In this document: in pieces, positions 56,765 through 64,000 of the stretch | Layout of the letters: every line of letters starts with the position of its first letter | Position numbering within the stretch: the first letter of the stretch is position 1 | The notes under the pieces: model-generated | What the model saw: only the letters and a program-made list of their open reading frames with translations | Database searches by the model: none | What the model was told of the DNA's origin: nothing | Assembly: GCA_963659505.1 (NCBI GenBank) | Contig: CAVKUV010000002.1 | Coordinates: forward strand, 25,427 to 89,426 | DNA length: 64,000 nucleotides | Direction of reading: 5' to 3' | Origin: Lachnospiraceae bacterium | Lineage (GTDB): Bacteria > Bacteroidota > Bacteroidia > Bacteroidales > Bacteroidaceae | Position numbers and translations under genes: made by a program

Positions 56765-59020
56765 ATGAGCAACGCAAGAAATGAATGGAGAGGGTTCAAG
56801 GGAACCGCTTGGAAATCGGAAATCAACGTCAGAGACTTTATCCAGAAGAACTACACCATATATGATGGCGACGAGTCGTTCCTGCAAGGGCCAACGGAAG
56901 CCACAACGAAGCTTTGGGGCAGACTGAAGAAGCTGCAGAAGGAAGAGCGCGCCAAGGGCGGCGTTCTCGACATGGAGACAGAGATACCCGCAAGCATCAC
57001 TGCCTATGGAGCAGCCTACATCGACGACAGCATGAAAGACCTGGAGGCGGTTGTTGGCCTGCAGACCGACAAGCCACTGAAGCGCGCCTTCATGCCCGGC
57101 GGCGGTCTGAAGATGGCAGAGCAGTCGTGCGCCAACTATGGCTACGCCCCCTCAGAGTCGATCCACGACATCTTCACTAAATACGTGCGCACGCACAACG
57201 ATGCCGTGTTTGACGCCTATACGCCAGAGATGAAGCTGGTGCGCCACAACCACATACTCACCGGACTGCCCGACACCTACGGTCGCGGACGCATCGTGGG
57301 CGACTATCGCCGCGTGGCCCTCTACGGCATCGACTATCTGATAGAAGAGAAGAACCGCGACCGCGCGGAGATGGGCGAGCACGAGATGTCGGACGAGGTG
57401 ATACGCTTGCGCGAGGAAGTGGCTCTGCAGATAAAGGCCCTCAAGGGTCTTAAGGCCATGGCCGCAGAGTATGGATTTGACATCTCGCAGCCGGCCAAGA
57501 ATGCGCGCGAGGCTGTGCAGTGGCTCTACTTTGGCTACCTCGGAGCGGTGAAGACGCAGAACGGAGCTGCCATGTCGGTAGGCCGCGTGTCAACATTCCT
57601 CGACATATACATCCAGCGCGACCTGCAGGAAGGCACGCTCACCGAGAGCGACGCTCAGGAACTGATAGACCACCTTGTGATGAAGTTCCGCATGGTGAAG
57701 TTCGCACGCATCCCGGCTTACAACGAACTCTTCTCGGGCGACCCCGTGTGGGCCACGCTCGAAGTGGGCGGACTGGGACAGGACGGACGCTCGATGGTGA
57801 CAAAGAACGACTACCGCTTCCTGCACACGCTCATCAACATGGGTCCGTCGCCCGAGCCAAACCTCACCGTGCTCTACAGTTCGCGCCTGCCGCAGAACTT
57901 CAAGAAGTACGCCGCCATGATATCCGTAAAGACCAGTTCCATACAGTATGAGAACGACGACGTGATGCGTCCGGTGTGGGGCGACGACTACAGCATCTGC
58001 TGCTGCGTGAGCGCAACACAGACTGGCAAGGAGATGCAGTTCTTCGGAGCGCGCGCCAACCTCGCCAAATGTCTCACCTACGCCATCTCGGGCGGCATCG
58101 ACTCGAAGACGCGCGAGCAGTGCGGACCCAAGTACCGTCCGGTGGAGGGCGACGTGCTTACCTACGACGAGTTCATGCCGCGCTTCATGGACATGATGGA
58201 CTGGCTCGCCAGCGTCTATGTGAAGACGCTCAACGTGATACACTACATGCACGACAAGTATTTCTATGAGGCCGCCGAGATGGCCCTCATCGACACCGAC
58301 GTGCGCCGCACCTTCGCCACCGGCATAGCCGGATTTAGCCATGTGGTTGACTCCATCAGTGCCATCAAGTATGCCAAGGTGAACATCATCCGCGACGAGA
58401 CGGGCTTCCCACTGGAGTTTAAGACCGAGGGCGACTTCCCCCGTTATGGCAACGACGACGAGCGTGCCGACGAGATTGCCGTGTGGTTGCTCAAGACATT
58501 CCTCGGAATGGTGAAGAAATACCATACATACCGCAACTCGGAACCCACAACCTCCATCCTCACCATCACGTCGAACGTGGTGTATGGCAAGTACACGAGC
58601 AACATGCCCGACGGTCGTCTGGCCGGCGCACCGCTTGCCCCAGGTGCCAACCCGTCGTATGGGGCAGAGAAGAACGGACTCTTGGCTTCGCTCAACTCCG
58701 TGGCCAAGTTGCCCTATGAGTATGCGCTCGACGGAATATCCAACACCCAGACCATCAACCCCGGCGCTCTCGGCCACGACGACGAGGAGCGCGCCAACAC
58801 TCTTGTGGGCGTGATGGACGGATACTTCAACCAAGGGGCACACCACCTCAACGTCAATGTCTTCGGTGTGGAGAAGTTGAAGGACGCCATGGAGCACCCC
58901 GAGAAGGAAGAGTACCAGAACTTCACCATCCGTGTGAGCGGATATGCGGTGAAGTTTATCGACCTCACTCGCGAACAGCAGCTTGACGTGATTGCACGCC
59001 AGGCTCACGAGAGACTCTAA
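56765..59020 (+). CDS. pflB: Pyruvate formate-lyase
   Basis: [17 protein letters not shown] catalytic Cys pair, TIRVSGYAV glycyl-radical motif; TAATTTTG box at 56718-56725. Confidence 0.98.
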   Translation: MSNARNEWRGFKGTAWKSEINVRDFIQKNYTIYDGDESFLQGPTEATTKLWGRLKKLQKEERAKGGVLDMETEIPASITAYGAAYIDDSMKDLEAVVGLQTDKPLKRAFMPGGGLKMAEQSCANYGYAPSESIHDIFTKYVRTHNDAVFDAYTPEMKLVRHNHILTGLPDTYGRGRIVGDYRRVALYGIDYLIEEKNRDRAEMGEHEMSDEVIRLREEVALQIKALKGLKAMAAEYGFDISQPAKNAREAVQWLYFGYLGAVKTQNGAAMSVGRVSTFLDIYIQRDLQEGTLTESDAQELIDHLVMKFRMVKFARIPAYNELFSGDPVWATLEVGGLGQDGRSMVTKNDYRFLHTLINMGPSPEPNLTVLYSSRLPQNFKKYAAMISVKTSSIQYENDDVMRPVWGDDYSICCCVSATQTGKEMQFFGARANLAKCLTYAISGGIDSKTREQCGPKYRPVEGDVLTYDEFMPRFMDMMDWLASVYVKTLNVIHYMHDKYFYEAAEMALIDTDVRRTFATGIAGFSHVVDSISAIKYAKVNIIRDETGFPLEFKTEGDFPRYGNDDERADEIAVWLLKTFLGMVKKYHTYRNSEPTTSILTITSNVVYGKYTSNMPDGRLAGAPLAPGANPSYGAEKNGLLASLNSVAKLPYEYALDGISNTQTINPGALGHDDEERANTLVGVMDGYFNQGAHHLNVNVFGVEKLKDAMEHPEKEEYQNFTIRVSGYAVKFIDLTREQQLDVIARQAHERL

Positions 59021-59030
59021 TCAGATACTA

Positions 59031-59070
59031 TTAGTGGCGGTGAAAACTTATTTTTTTTCACCGCCACTAA
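59031..59070. other. Intercistronic hairpin between pflB and pflA
   Basis: ttagtggcggtgaaaa / ttttcaccgccactaa 16-bp perfect stem. Confidence 0.75.
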
Positions 59071-59091
59071 ACTATTATCATAAGAATACCG

Positions 59092-59826
59092 TTGAAAGGA
59101 TATATACACAGCACTGAAAGTTTCGGGTCGGTTGACGGCCCTGGCATTCGTTTCCTCATCTTCATGCAAGGCTGCCCCATGAGGTGCCTTTACTGCCACA
59201 ATCCCGACTCGTGGAAAATGGGGGCAGGGGAGGAGGTTGAGGCCGACGAACTGCTCGACCGCGCCGAGCGATTTCGTCCTTACTGGGGAAGTGAGGGCGG
59301 CATCACCGTGAGCGGAGGCGAAGCCTTGGTGCAGATAGACTTCCTGTTGGAACTCTTCGCCAAGGCCAAGCAGCGCGGCATCACCACCTGCCTCGACACC
59401 TCGGCGCAACCCTTCCGGCGCAGCCAACCTTTCTTCGGCAAGTTTGAGCGGCTGATGTCGCTTACCGACACCGTGCTGCTCGACATAAAGCACATACGCG
59501 ACGCCGAGCACCGTCGGCTCACGCACCACACCAACGAGAACATACTTGATTGCGCACGCTATCTTAGCGAGCGCAATGTTCCCGTGTGGATACGCCACGT
59601 GCTGGTGCCGGGCATAACCGACGATGAAGACTGTCTGCGCGAGCTTGCCTCTTTCCTCGCCACCTTGCGCAACGTGAAGCGCATAGACGTGTTGCCCTAC
59701 CACACCCTCGGCACATTCAAATACGAGCGGCTCGGCATCGCCTATCCGCTGTCTGGCGTTTCCGCGCCGACGGCCGAGAGCCTACGGAAAGCCCAAGAGA
59801 TACTGTCAGTAATGTTCAAAAAATAA
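59092..59826 (+). CDS. pflA: Pyruvate formate-lyase activating enzyme (radical SAM)
   Basis: VDGPGIR, CPMRCLYCHNPD, SGGE; TTG start. Confidence 0.96.
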   Translation: MKGYIHSTESFGSVDGPGIRFLIFMQGCPMRCLYCHNPDSWKMGAGEEVEADELLDRAERFRPYWGSEGGITVSGGEALVQIDFLLELFAKAKQRGITTCLDTSAQPFRRSQPFFGKFERLMSLTDTVLLDIKHIRDAEHRRLTHHTNENILDCARYLSERNVPVWIRHVLVPGITDDEDCLRELASFLATLRNVKRIDVLPYHTLGTFKYERLGIAYPLSGVSAPTAESLRKAQEILSVMFKK

Positions 59827-60002
59827 GTTGCGCAAGTTTGCCCTGTATTTTTAGTCGGTTTTGCCGGCTTCTTTGAAGGAGCATAGCGGGCTATGTGACT
59901 GAAAAGAAGTCGCAAAAACGGCAAAAAGACAGGGACTAACAGACCAAATAACGGATATGGGCATACTCTACAAACTTGCTCAAGTTATTTTTTGAACATT
60001 AC

Positions 60003-60452
60003 TTAGCAGCCGCAAGGGGTTGATTGTCCGTTAGCCACGCGTTGCAGCGTGGCTTTGCACCGCTCGCCTTCATAGAATGTTTCCAACACCTCTTCGAATA
60101 TGTCGTGAGGCGACACGATGTCGAACAGAGTCATGCACGACTTCACCTTCATTGCGTCCAGACTGCCGAATATGCGCTCGGCATAATCGCCGCTATGGTC
60201 CAGCAACGCCTCGGTCGCCTCTTTCAGTCTATCGTGCAGAATGTTGTTCTCCCAATAGGCTTTTGCTTCAAGAAGCGAACCGATGCTGTATTTCTGCGAC
60301 ATCCAGCTATGCCCCAAACCTTTTATCTGAGGAAAGATATACCATATCCAATGCGAGGTTTTCCTGCCTTTCCTGATTTCCTGCAAGGCTATGTCGTAAT
60401 GGTTGGACTCATTCTGTATTTCGATGAATCTTTCTACGTTTGTTGTTTCCAT
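60003..60452 (-). CDS. DUF1810 family protein
   Basis: RFIEIQ..Y..AL.EI..GRK.SHWIWYIFPQ, IFGSLDAMK..SCMTLF; start moved to ATG 60452. Confidence 0.88.
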   Translation of the reverse strand: METTNVERFIEIQNESNHYDIALQEIRKGRKTSHWIWYIFPQIKGLGHSWMSQKYSIGSLLEAKAYWENNILHDRLKEATEALLDHSGDYAERIFGSLDAMKVKSCMTLFDIVSPHDIFEEVLETFYEGERCKATLQRVANGQSTPCGC

Positions 60453-60457
60453 GTCAT

Positions 60458-61291
60458 TTAGTGATGGTGAGACCAGGTAACCCAGCAATATTCGTCAAAA
60501 TCTTCGATGATGTTAAGCATCCACTGGGGTAGTTTGCGCTTGGCGTTGTCCACAAGCTGTTGTGGCATCTCGCCGTAATGCGCGTATGCCATAGGTCCGG
60601 CGATGGCCGCAAGTGTGTCGGCGTCGCCGCCAAGGGCGATGGCCAGTTTCAGGCAGTCGGCGTAGTCGTGGCTTTCGAGAAAGCAAATCAGCGAGGCCGG
60701 AACCGTCAACTGGCAAGTGGAGTCGAAATAATATCCGGGCTTAATCCCTTCATACGTTTTCGCACCCCATTCGGGATAATACGTCTCAAGCACGTTCGTG
60801 CGTATGAAGTCCTTGCTCTCGCCTAGCATGGCATAGTGTATGGCAAGAGCCGTTGCCACCGCTCCCTTTATGCCTTCGGGGTGGTTGTGCGTGGGCAATG
60901 CCGTCTTTGTGGCCAAGTCGATGCACTCCTCCTTGCTTCCCGCCATGAACCCAGCCGCCGAGCAGCGCATGGCACTGCCGTTGCCAAACGAATTGTAGGC
61001 CGGTCTGACTTCCCGTGAGATGAGCCACCGCGCATAGCGCCACCCATAGCCTCGGTGGAAGTCTTCACGCCCTCTGCTCCACAGTGTCGTGGCCATGTCC
61101 CTGTGGTACAGCAGGGCTTCGGCGCAAGCGAACGTACATACCGTGTCGTCGGTGTAGTCGTTGCCGGGGCGGAGAAGGTCTATGGCGTCGTAGTCCTTCG
61201 TGCGGTTGTAGAACTCGTATGGCATTCCTGCAATGTCGCCTATGGCTTCACTCAACAGCAGGTTCTTAAATGTAGCATAACTTTTTCCCAT
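60458..61291 (-). CDS. ADP-ribosylglycohydrolase (DraG/ARH family)
   Basis: AIGDIAG, YTDDT, SFGNGSAMR, THNHP, GGDADT. Confidence 0.93.
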   Translation of the reverse strand: MGKSYATFKNLLLSEAIGDIAGMPYEFYNRTKDYDAIDLLRPGNDYTDDTVCTFACAEALLYHRDMATTLWSRGREDFHRGYGWRYARWLISREVRPAYNSFGNGSAMRCSAAGFMAGSKEECIDLATKTALPTHNHPEGIKGAVATALAIHYAMLGESKDFIRTNVLETYYPEWGAKTYEGIKPGYYFDSTCQLTVPASLICFLESHDYADCLKLAIALGGDADTLAAIAGPMAYAHYGEMPQQLVDNAKRKLPQWMLNIIEDFDEYCWVTWSHHH

Positions 61292-61320
61292 ATATTCATC
61301 TGTTTATTAGGTTAGCGTCT

Positions 61321-61352
61321 ATCATCTCCCACTAAAATCATCTCCCACTAAA
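61321..61352. repeat. 16-bp tandem duplication at the nrtR-like stop codon
   Basis: atcatctcccactaaa x2. Confidence 0.85.
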
Positions 61353-62040
61353 ACTCCAGTCGGAATCCCTTCTGCTTCATCTCCTCATACATGTCGTGGT
61401 TGAACGTGTAGAGGTAGGCGTCCTTCTTGGCCGGTTGCTTCACCGTCTCGTCCAGTTGGTTGAGCAGTCCCAGGTGCAGCATCTTGTTGTAGAAGTTGCG
61501 GCGGTCGAACTTCACGTTCAGTATGGCCTCATACAGTTGCTGGAGAGCCTTCATCGTGAACTTCTCCGGTAGCAGCTCAAACCCTATCGGTTCAAAGTGT
61601 ATCTGCTTGCGCAGCGCGCGTTCCGCCATGCGCAGTATCTGGTCGTGGTCGAAGGCCAGCGACGGCACCTCGTCGAGCGAGAACCACTGTGCCTTGGCGG
61701 CATCGTCGCCGCCCACGACATCCTGCAGGCGCACCAAGGCATAGTAGGCGATGGTGATGACGCGCTCGCGTGGGTCGCGGTCGGGAGCGGTGAAGGCATG
61801 AAACTGGCGGATGTATGCGCCTGTCAGTCCCGTCTCCTCGCGCAGTTCGCGCAATGCGCCCTCCTCGCCCGACTCGTCCATTTTGAGGAAGCCGCCGGGA
61901 AACGCCCATTTTCCCTTGAATGGTTCTATGCCTCGCTCTATGAGCAGCACTTTCAGTTTGTTTCCGTCAAACCCGAATATCACGCAGTCTGTCGTGACGC
62001 TCGGATGCGGATATTTGTAGCGATATTCTTGACTTTCCAT
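61348..62040 (-). CDS. NrtR-family regulator (Nudix + winged helix)
   Basis: WAFPGGF..GALRELREETGL Nudix box, RDPRER, LAFDH, LLPEKFT..LYEAIL..DRRNF wHTH. Confidence 0.92.
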   Translation of the reverse strand: MESQEYRYKYPHPSVTTDCVIFGFDGNKLKVLLIERGIEPFKGKWAFPGGFLKMDESGEEGALRELREETGLTGAYIRQFHAFTAPDRDPRERVITIAYYALVRLQDVVGGDDAAKAQWFSLDEVPSLAFDHDQILRMAERALRKQIHFEPIGFELLPEKFTMKALQQLYEAILNVKFDRRNFYNKMLHLGLLNQLDETVKQPAKKDAYLYTFNHDMYEEMKQKGFRLEF

Positions 62041-62047
62041 ACGTGCG

Positions 62048-62116
62048 TTGTGTAAATCCTACGCAAAGGTAAGGTGGATAGATTAAACGGCCAAATATTT
62101 CGCGTGATTTTTACGC
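62048..62116. promoter_or_regulatory. Two candidate NrtR operators around the nrtR promoter
   Basis: ttgtGT-aaatcct-ACgcaa (62048-62066) and gcGT-gattttt-ACgc (62102-62116), both GT-N7-AC palindromes; TACCTTTG (-) at 62064-62071. Confidence 0.65.
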
Positions 62117-62262
62117 ATTGGACATGATTTTTATGCGGACTGCCCATATAAAGCACAAGTTTTTCAGAGGAAATGAGAAGAAAAAGCACATGAAAGCTTG
62201 GCTCGTCCAAATATCAATTGTACTTTTACGACGAATATTACTAATTGTTAAATTGGATAGTT

Positions 62263-62502
62263 ATGTGTAAATACAAAGACACCAACTTGGGAATAAAGAA
62301 ACTTGACTTCAATGTCAAGCGTGGGGCCATGGCTGTTTTCTTGACGGATGGTTGTGAGGTCATAGTCCCTGTATCCATGTTTCCAGACATTAAGCGACTG
62401 AACAAGGCGCAGCGAGAAGACTACATGATTATGGACGACCAGTATTTCTCATTCGAAGCCTCAAGCAAGATTTATTCCGTAAAGGACATACTTCGTATAT
62501 AG
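62263..62502 (+). CDS. Small DUF2442-like protein
   Basis: VFLTDG.EVIVPVSMFPDIKRL..AQRE pattern; 79 aa. Confidence 0.6.
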   Translation: MCKYKDTNLGIKKLDFNVKRGAMAVFLTDGCEVIVPVSMFPDIKRLNKAQREDYMIMDDQYFSFEASSKIYSVKDILRI

Positions 62503-62549
62503 CCCTCCCCATGTCTATAAAGGACTATTTGCAGAAAACTCACTACAAG

Positions 62550-63515
62550 ATGAAAACACTATCAAGACTCTACATTCTGCTTTTCGCCATCACATTGCAG
62601 ACACTGCTTGGATGCGAGACACAGGCCGACACGCCCACAGCCTCAACCTATTGGGAGGGCGACAGTGCATGGTATCGGGCTAAAGCCACGACAAGCCCCG
62701 ACAAGATAGACCTGATTTACCTCGTGTCGACCGACGTGGTGTCGGCCACGGGCGACAATGGCGAGAAGGCCTACCGCGCACGGCTTACGCCGGAAGACAA
62801 GCAGGCTCTCGACGCTGAGCTGGCCTATGTGGAGACCAACATAGGGCAAGGCGACTTCAACTACGTGGCTCCATACTACCACCAGTTCACCTTCGAGGCA
62901 ATAAACCTGCCGAAGGACAGTTTCCAATTGGAATACGGCAAGGTGGCAAAGGAGGCGTGCGAGGCGTTCGACTACTACATGGAGCACATGAACCAAGGCC
63001 GCAGGTTTGCCCTCGTGGGATTTTCGCAGGGCGGAATGCTGGTGCTCGACGTGTTGCGCCACATGACCGACAAACAATATGGCCAGATGGTGGCAGCCTA
63101 CGCCATGGGCTACCGCATATCGGCCGACGACCTGAAGTGCAGCCGCATCGTCCCGGCCACCGACGAAAGCACCACGGGAGTGACGGTGTCCTACAACTCG
63201 GTGCTCGACAACTCCGGCATTTGGCCCTTTGTGGGCGGCAATGCCGTGGCGGCGATAAACCCCGTGAACTGGAGAACCGACTCAACCACGGCCACATTCA
63301 CCTACGAGGGAAGCCTGCACAAGGTACGTCTCGACACGGCCACCAAGCAACTCATAGTGGCTACCGACAAGGCCGACGAATACCGACTGTGGAACAACAA
63401 TCCCGTGTTCAAAAGTGCCAACGTGAGCCTCGACTGCTTGCACCACTGGGACTTGCTTTTCTACACCGACTTCATTCACGACAACATCCTGAAGAGAGCC
63501 GCCATGCAGAAGTAG
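62550..63515 (+). CDS. DUF3089-family alpha/beta-hydrolase lipoprotein
   Basis: Lipobox LLGC; APYYHQ, AFDYY, GFSQG nucleophile elbow, INPVNW, LHHWD. Confidence 0.85.
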   Translation: MKTLSRLYILLFAITLQTLLGCETQADTPTASTYWEGDSAWYRAKATTSPDKIDLIYLVSTDVVSATGDNGEKAYRARLTPEDKQALDAELAYVETNIGQGDFNYVAPYYHQFTFEAINLPKDSFQLEYGKVAKEACEAFDYYMEHMNQGRRFALVGFSQGGMLVLDVLRHMTDKQYGQMVAAYAMGYRISADDLKCSRIVPATDESTTGVTVSYNSVLDNSGIWPFVGGNAVAAINPVNWRTDSTTATFTYEGSLHKVRLDTATKQLIVATDKADEYRLWNNNPVFKSANVSLDCLHHWDLLFYTDFIHDNILKRAAMQK

Positions 63516-63561
63516 GCTTCCGTGCCGGCAACGCTGCGGCGACACCGCACATGGTCACCAC

Positions 63562-64000
63562 CTATTCGCCGCCATTCATAAACTCGCCAACCGTGGCCAC
63601 TGCTTGTTGGAATGCCGTGGGCTGTCCCGGAACGGTTATGAACAGGTGGGTGGCCGTGGGATACACGTGGTAGGCCACACTGTGGCGCAAACTGTGCAGC
63701 CGATTGGCGAACTCCGCCGTCTGGTCTAGCAGTATGTCGTGGCCAGCCGATATGATGAGCACTGGCGGCAGCGACCGCAGTGCATCGTCGCTCGCCAATG
63801 ACACCGACACCAGCGGATTGTTTTCCTGGCCATTGGCGTAAGCCTCGCAGAATGCCTCAAGAAGTTCGGCATCGTCGCCATAGCCCTTGGCATACTGCCG
63901 CCACGAGGCCGAACCGTCGGCCCATAGCTTCACCACTGGATAGATGGCTACCATGCGCCACACGCCCTGCTCCGTCATGGCCGTGGCCAAGGCCAGATTT
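63562..64000 (-). CDS. Alpha/beta hydrolase (HSL-like esterase), C-terminal part; 5' end outside the window
   Basis: IYPV, PLVS, LPPVLIISAGHDILLD, YPTATHLF (Asp/His of the triad). Confidence 0.85.
   Translation of the reverse strand, partial: NLALATAMTEQGVWRMVAIYPVVKLWADGSASWRQYAKGYGDDAELLEAFCEAYANGQENNPLVSVSLASDDALRSLPPVLIISAGHDILLDQTAEFANRLHSLRHSVAYHVYPTATHLFITVPGQPTAFQQAVATVGEFMNGGE

Noticed and set aside
1..64000. tRNA/rRNA genes and autonomous transposases
   Set aside because: No cloverleaf, rRNA-like stretch or DDE/HUH transposase ORF recognised by eye

Overview
This window is Bacteroidota DNA, most likely Prevotellaceae, judging from the TAnnTTTG promoter boxes, SusC/SusD pairs and T9SS-type C-termini. 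It reads left to right as follows. (1) Housekeeping genes: a HAD hydrolase, rhaD, a carboxy(nor)spermidine/saccharopine dehydrogenase and recA. (2) A probable pectin/rhamnogalacturonan-I region: a 1506-aa PL11-type lyase, an 899-aa secreted protein and a fasciclin-SusC-SusD-fasciclin-fasciclin-SusC-SusD operon. (3) A repeat-flanked accessory patch with a membrane Ser/Thr kinase. (4) Envelope genes: RsiV-like, lipocalin-like, Wzi-like, DUF1573 and a divergent WecB. (5) A defence island at 42.7-54.3 kb with hicAB and a BREX type 4-like locus (brxP, a small gene, brxC, pglZ, brxL). (6) DUF554, a signal-peptide-bearing group II PLP decarboxylase and pflB/pflA. (7) An NrtR, ADP-ribosylglycohydrolase, DUF1810 operon and hydrolases. 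The strongest candidate for something new is the BREX-4-like locus. It has a predicted phosphorothioate writer (PAPS-reductase/ferredoxin/DUF4007-like fusion) translationally coupled to a stand-alone, nuclease-free protein resembling the sulfur-binding (SBD) PT-reader domain. Both lie on an AT-rich cassette that looks swapped in, behind a ~430-nt structured leader ending in a terminator-like hairpin. The neighbouring hicA mRNA has long-range pairings that would hide its start codon. Intergenic DNA carries at least five families of REP/MITE-like palindromes and two 22-bp-periodic palindromic arrays. All family assignments come from motif recognition by eye; no database searches were run.
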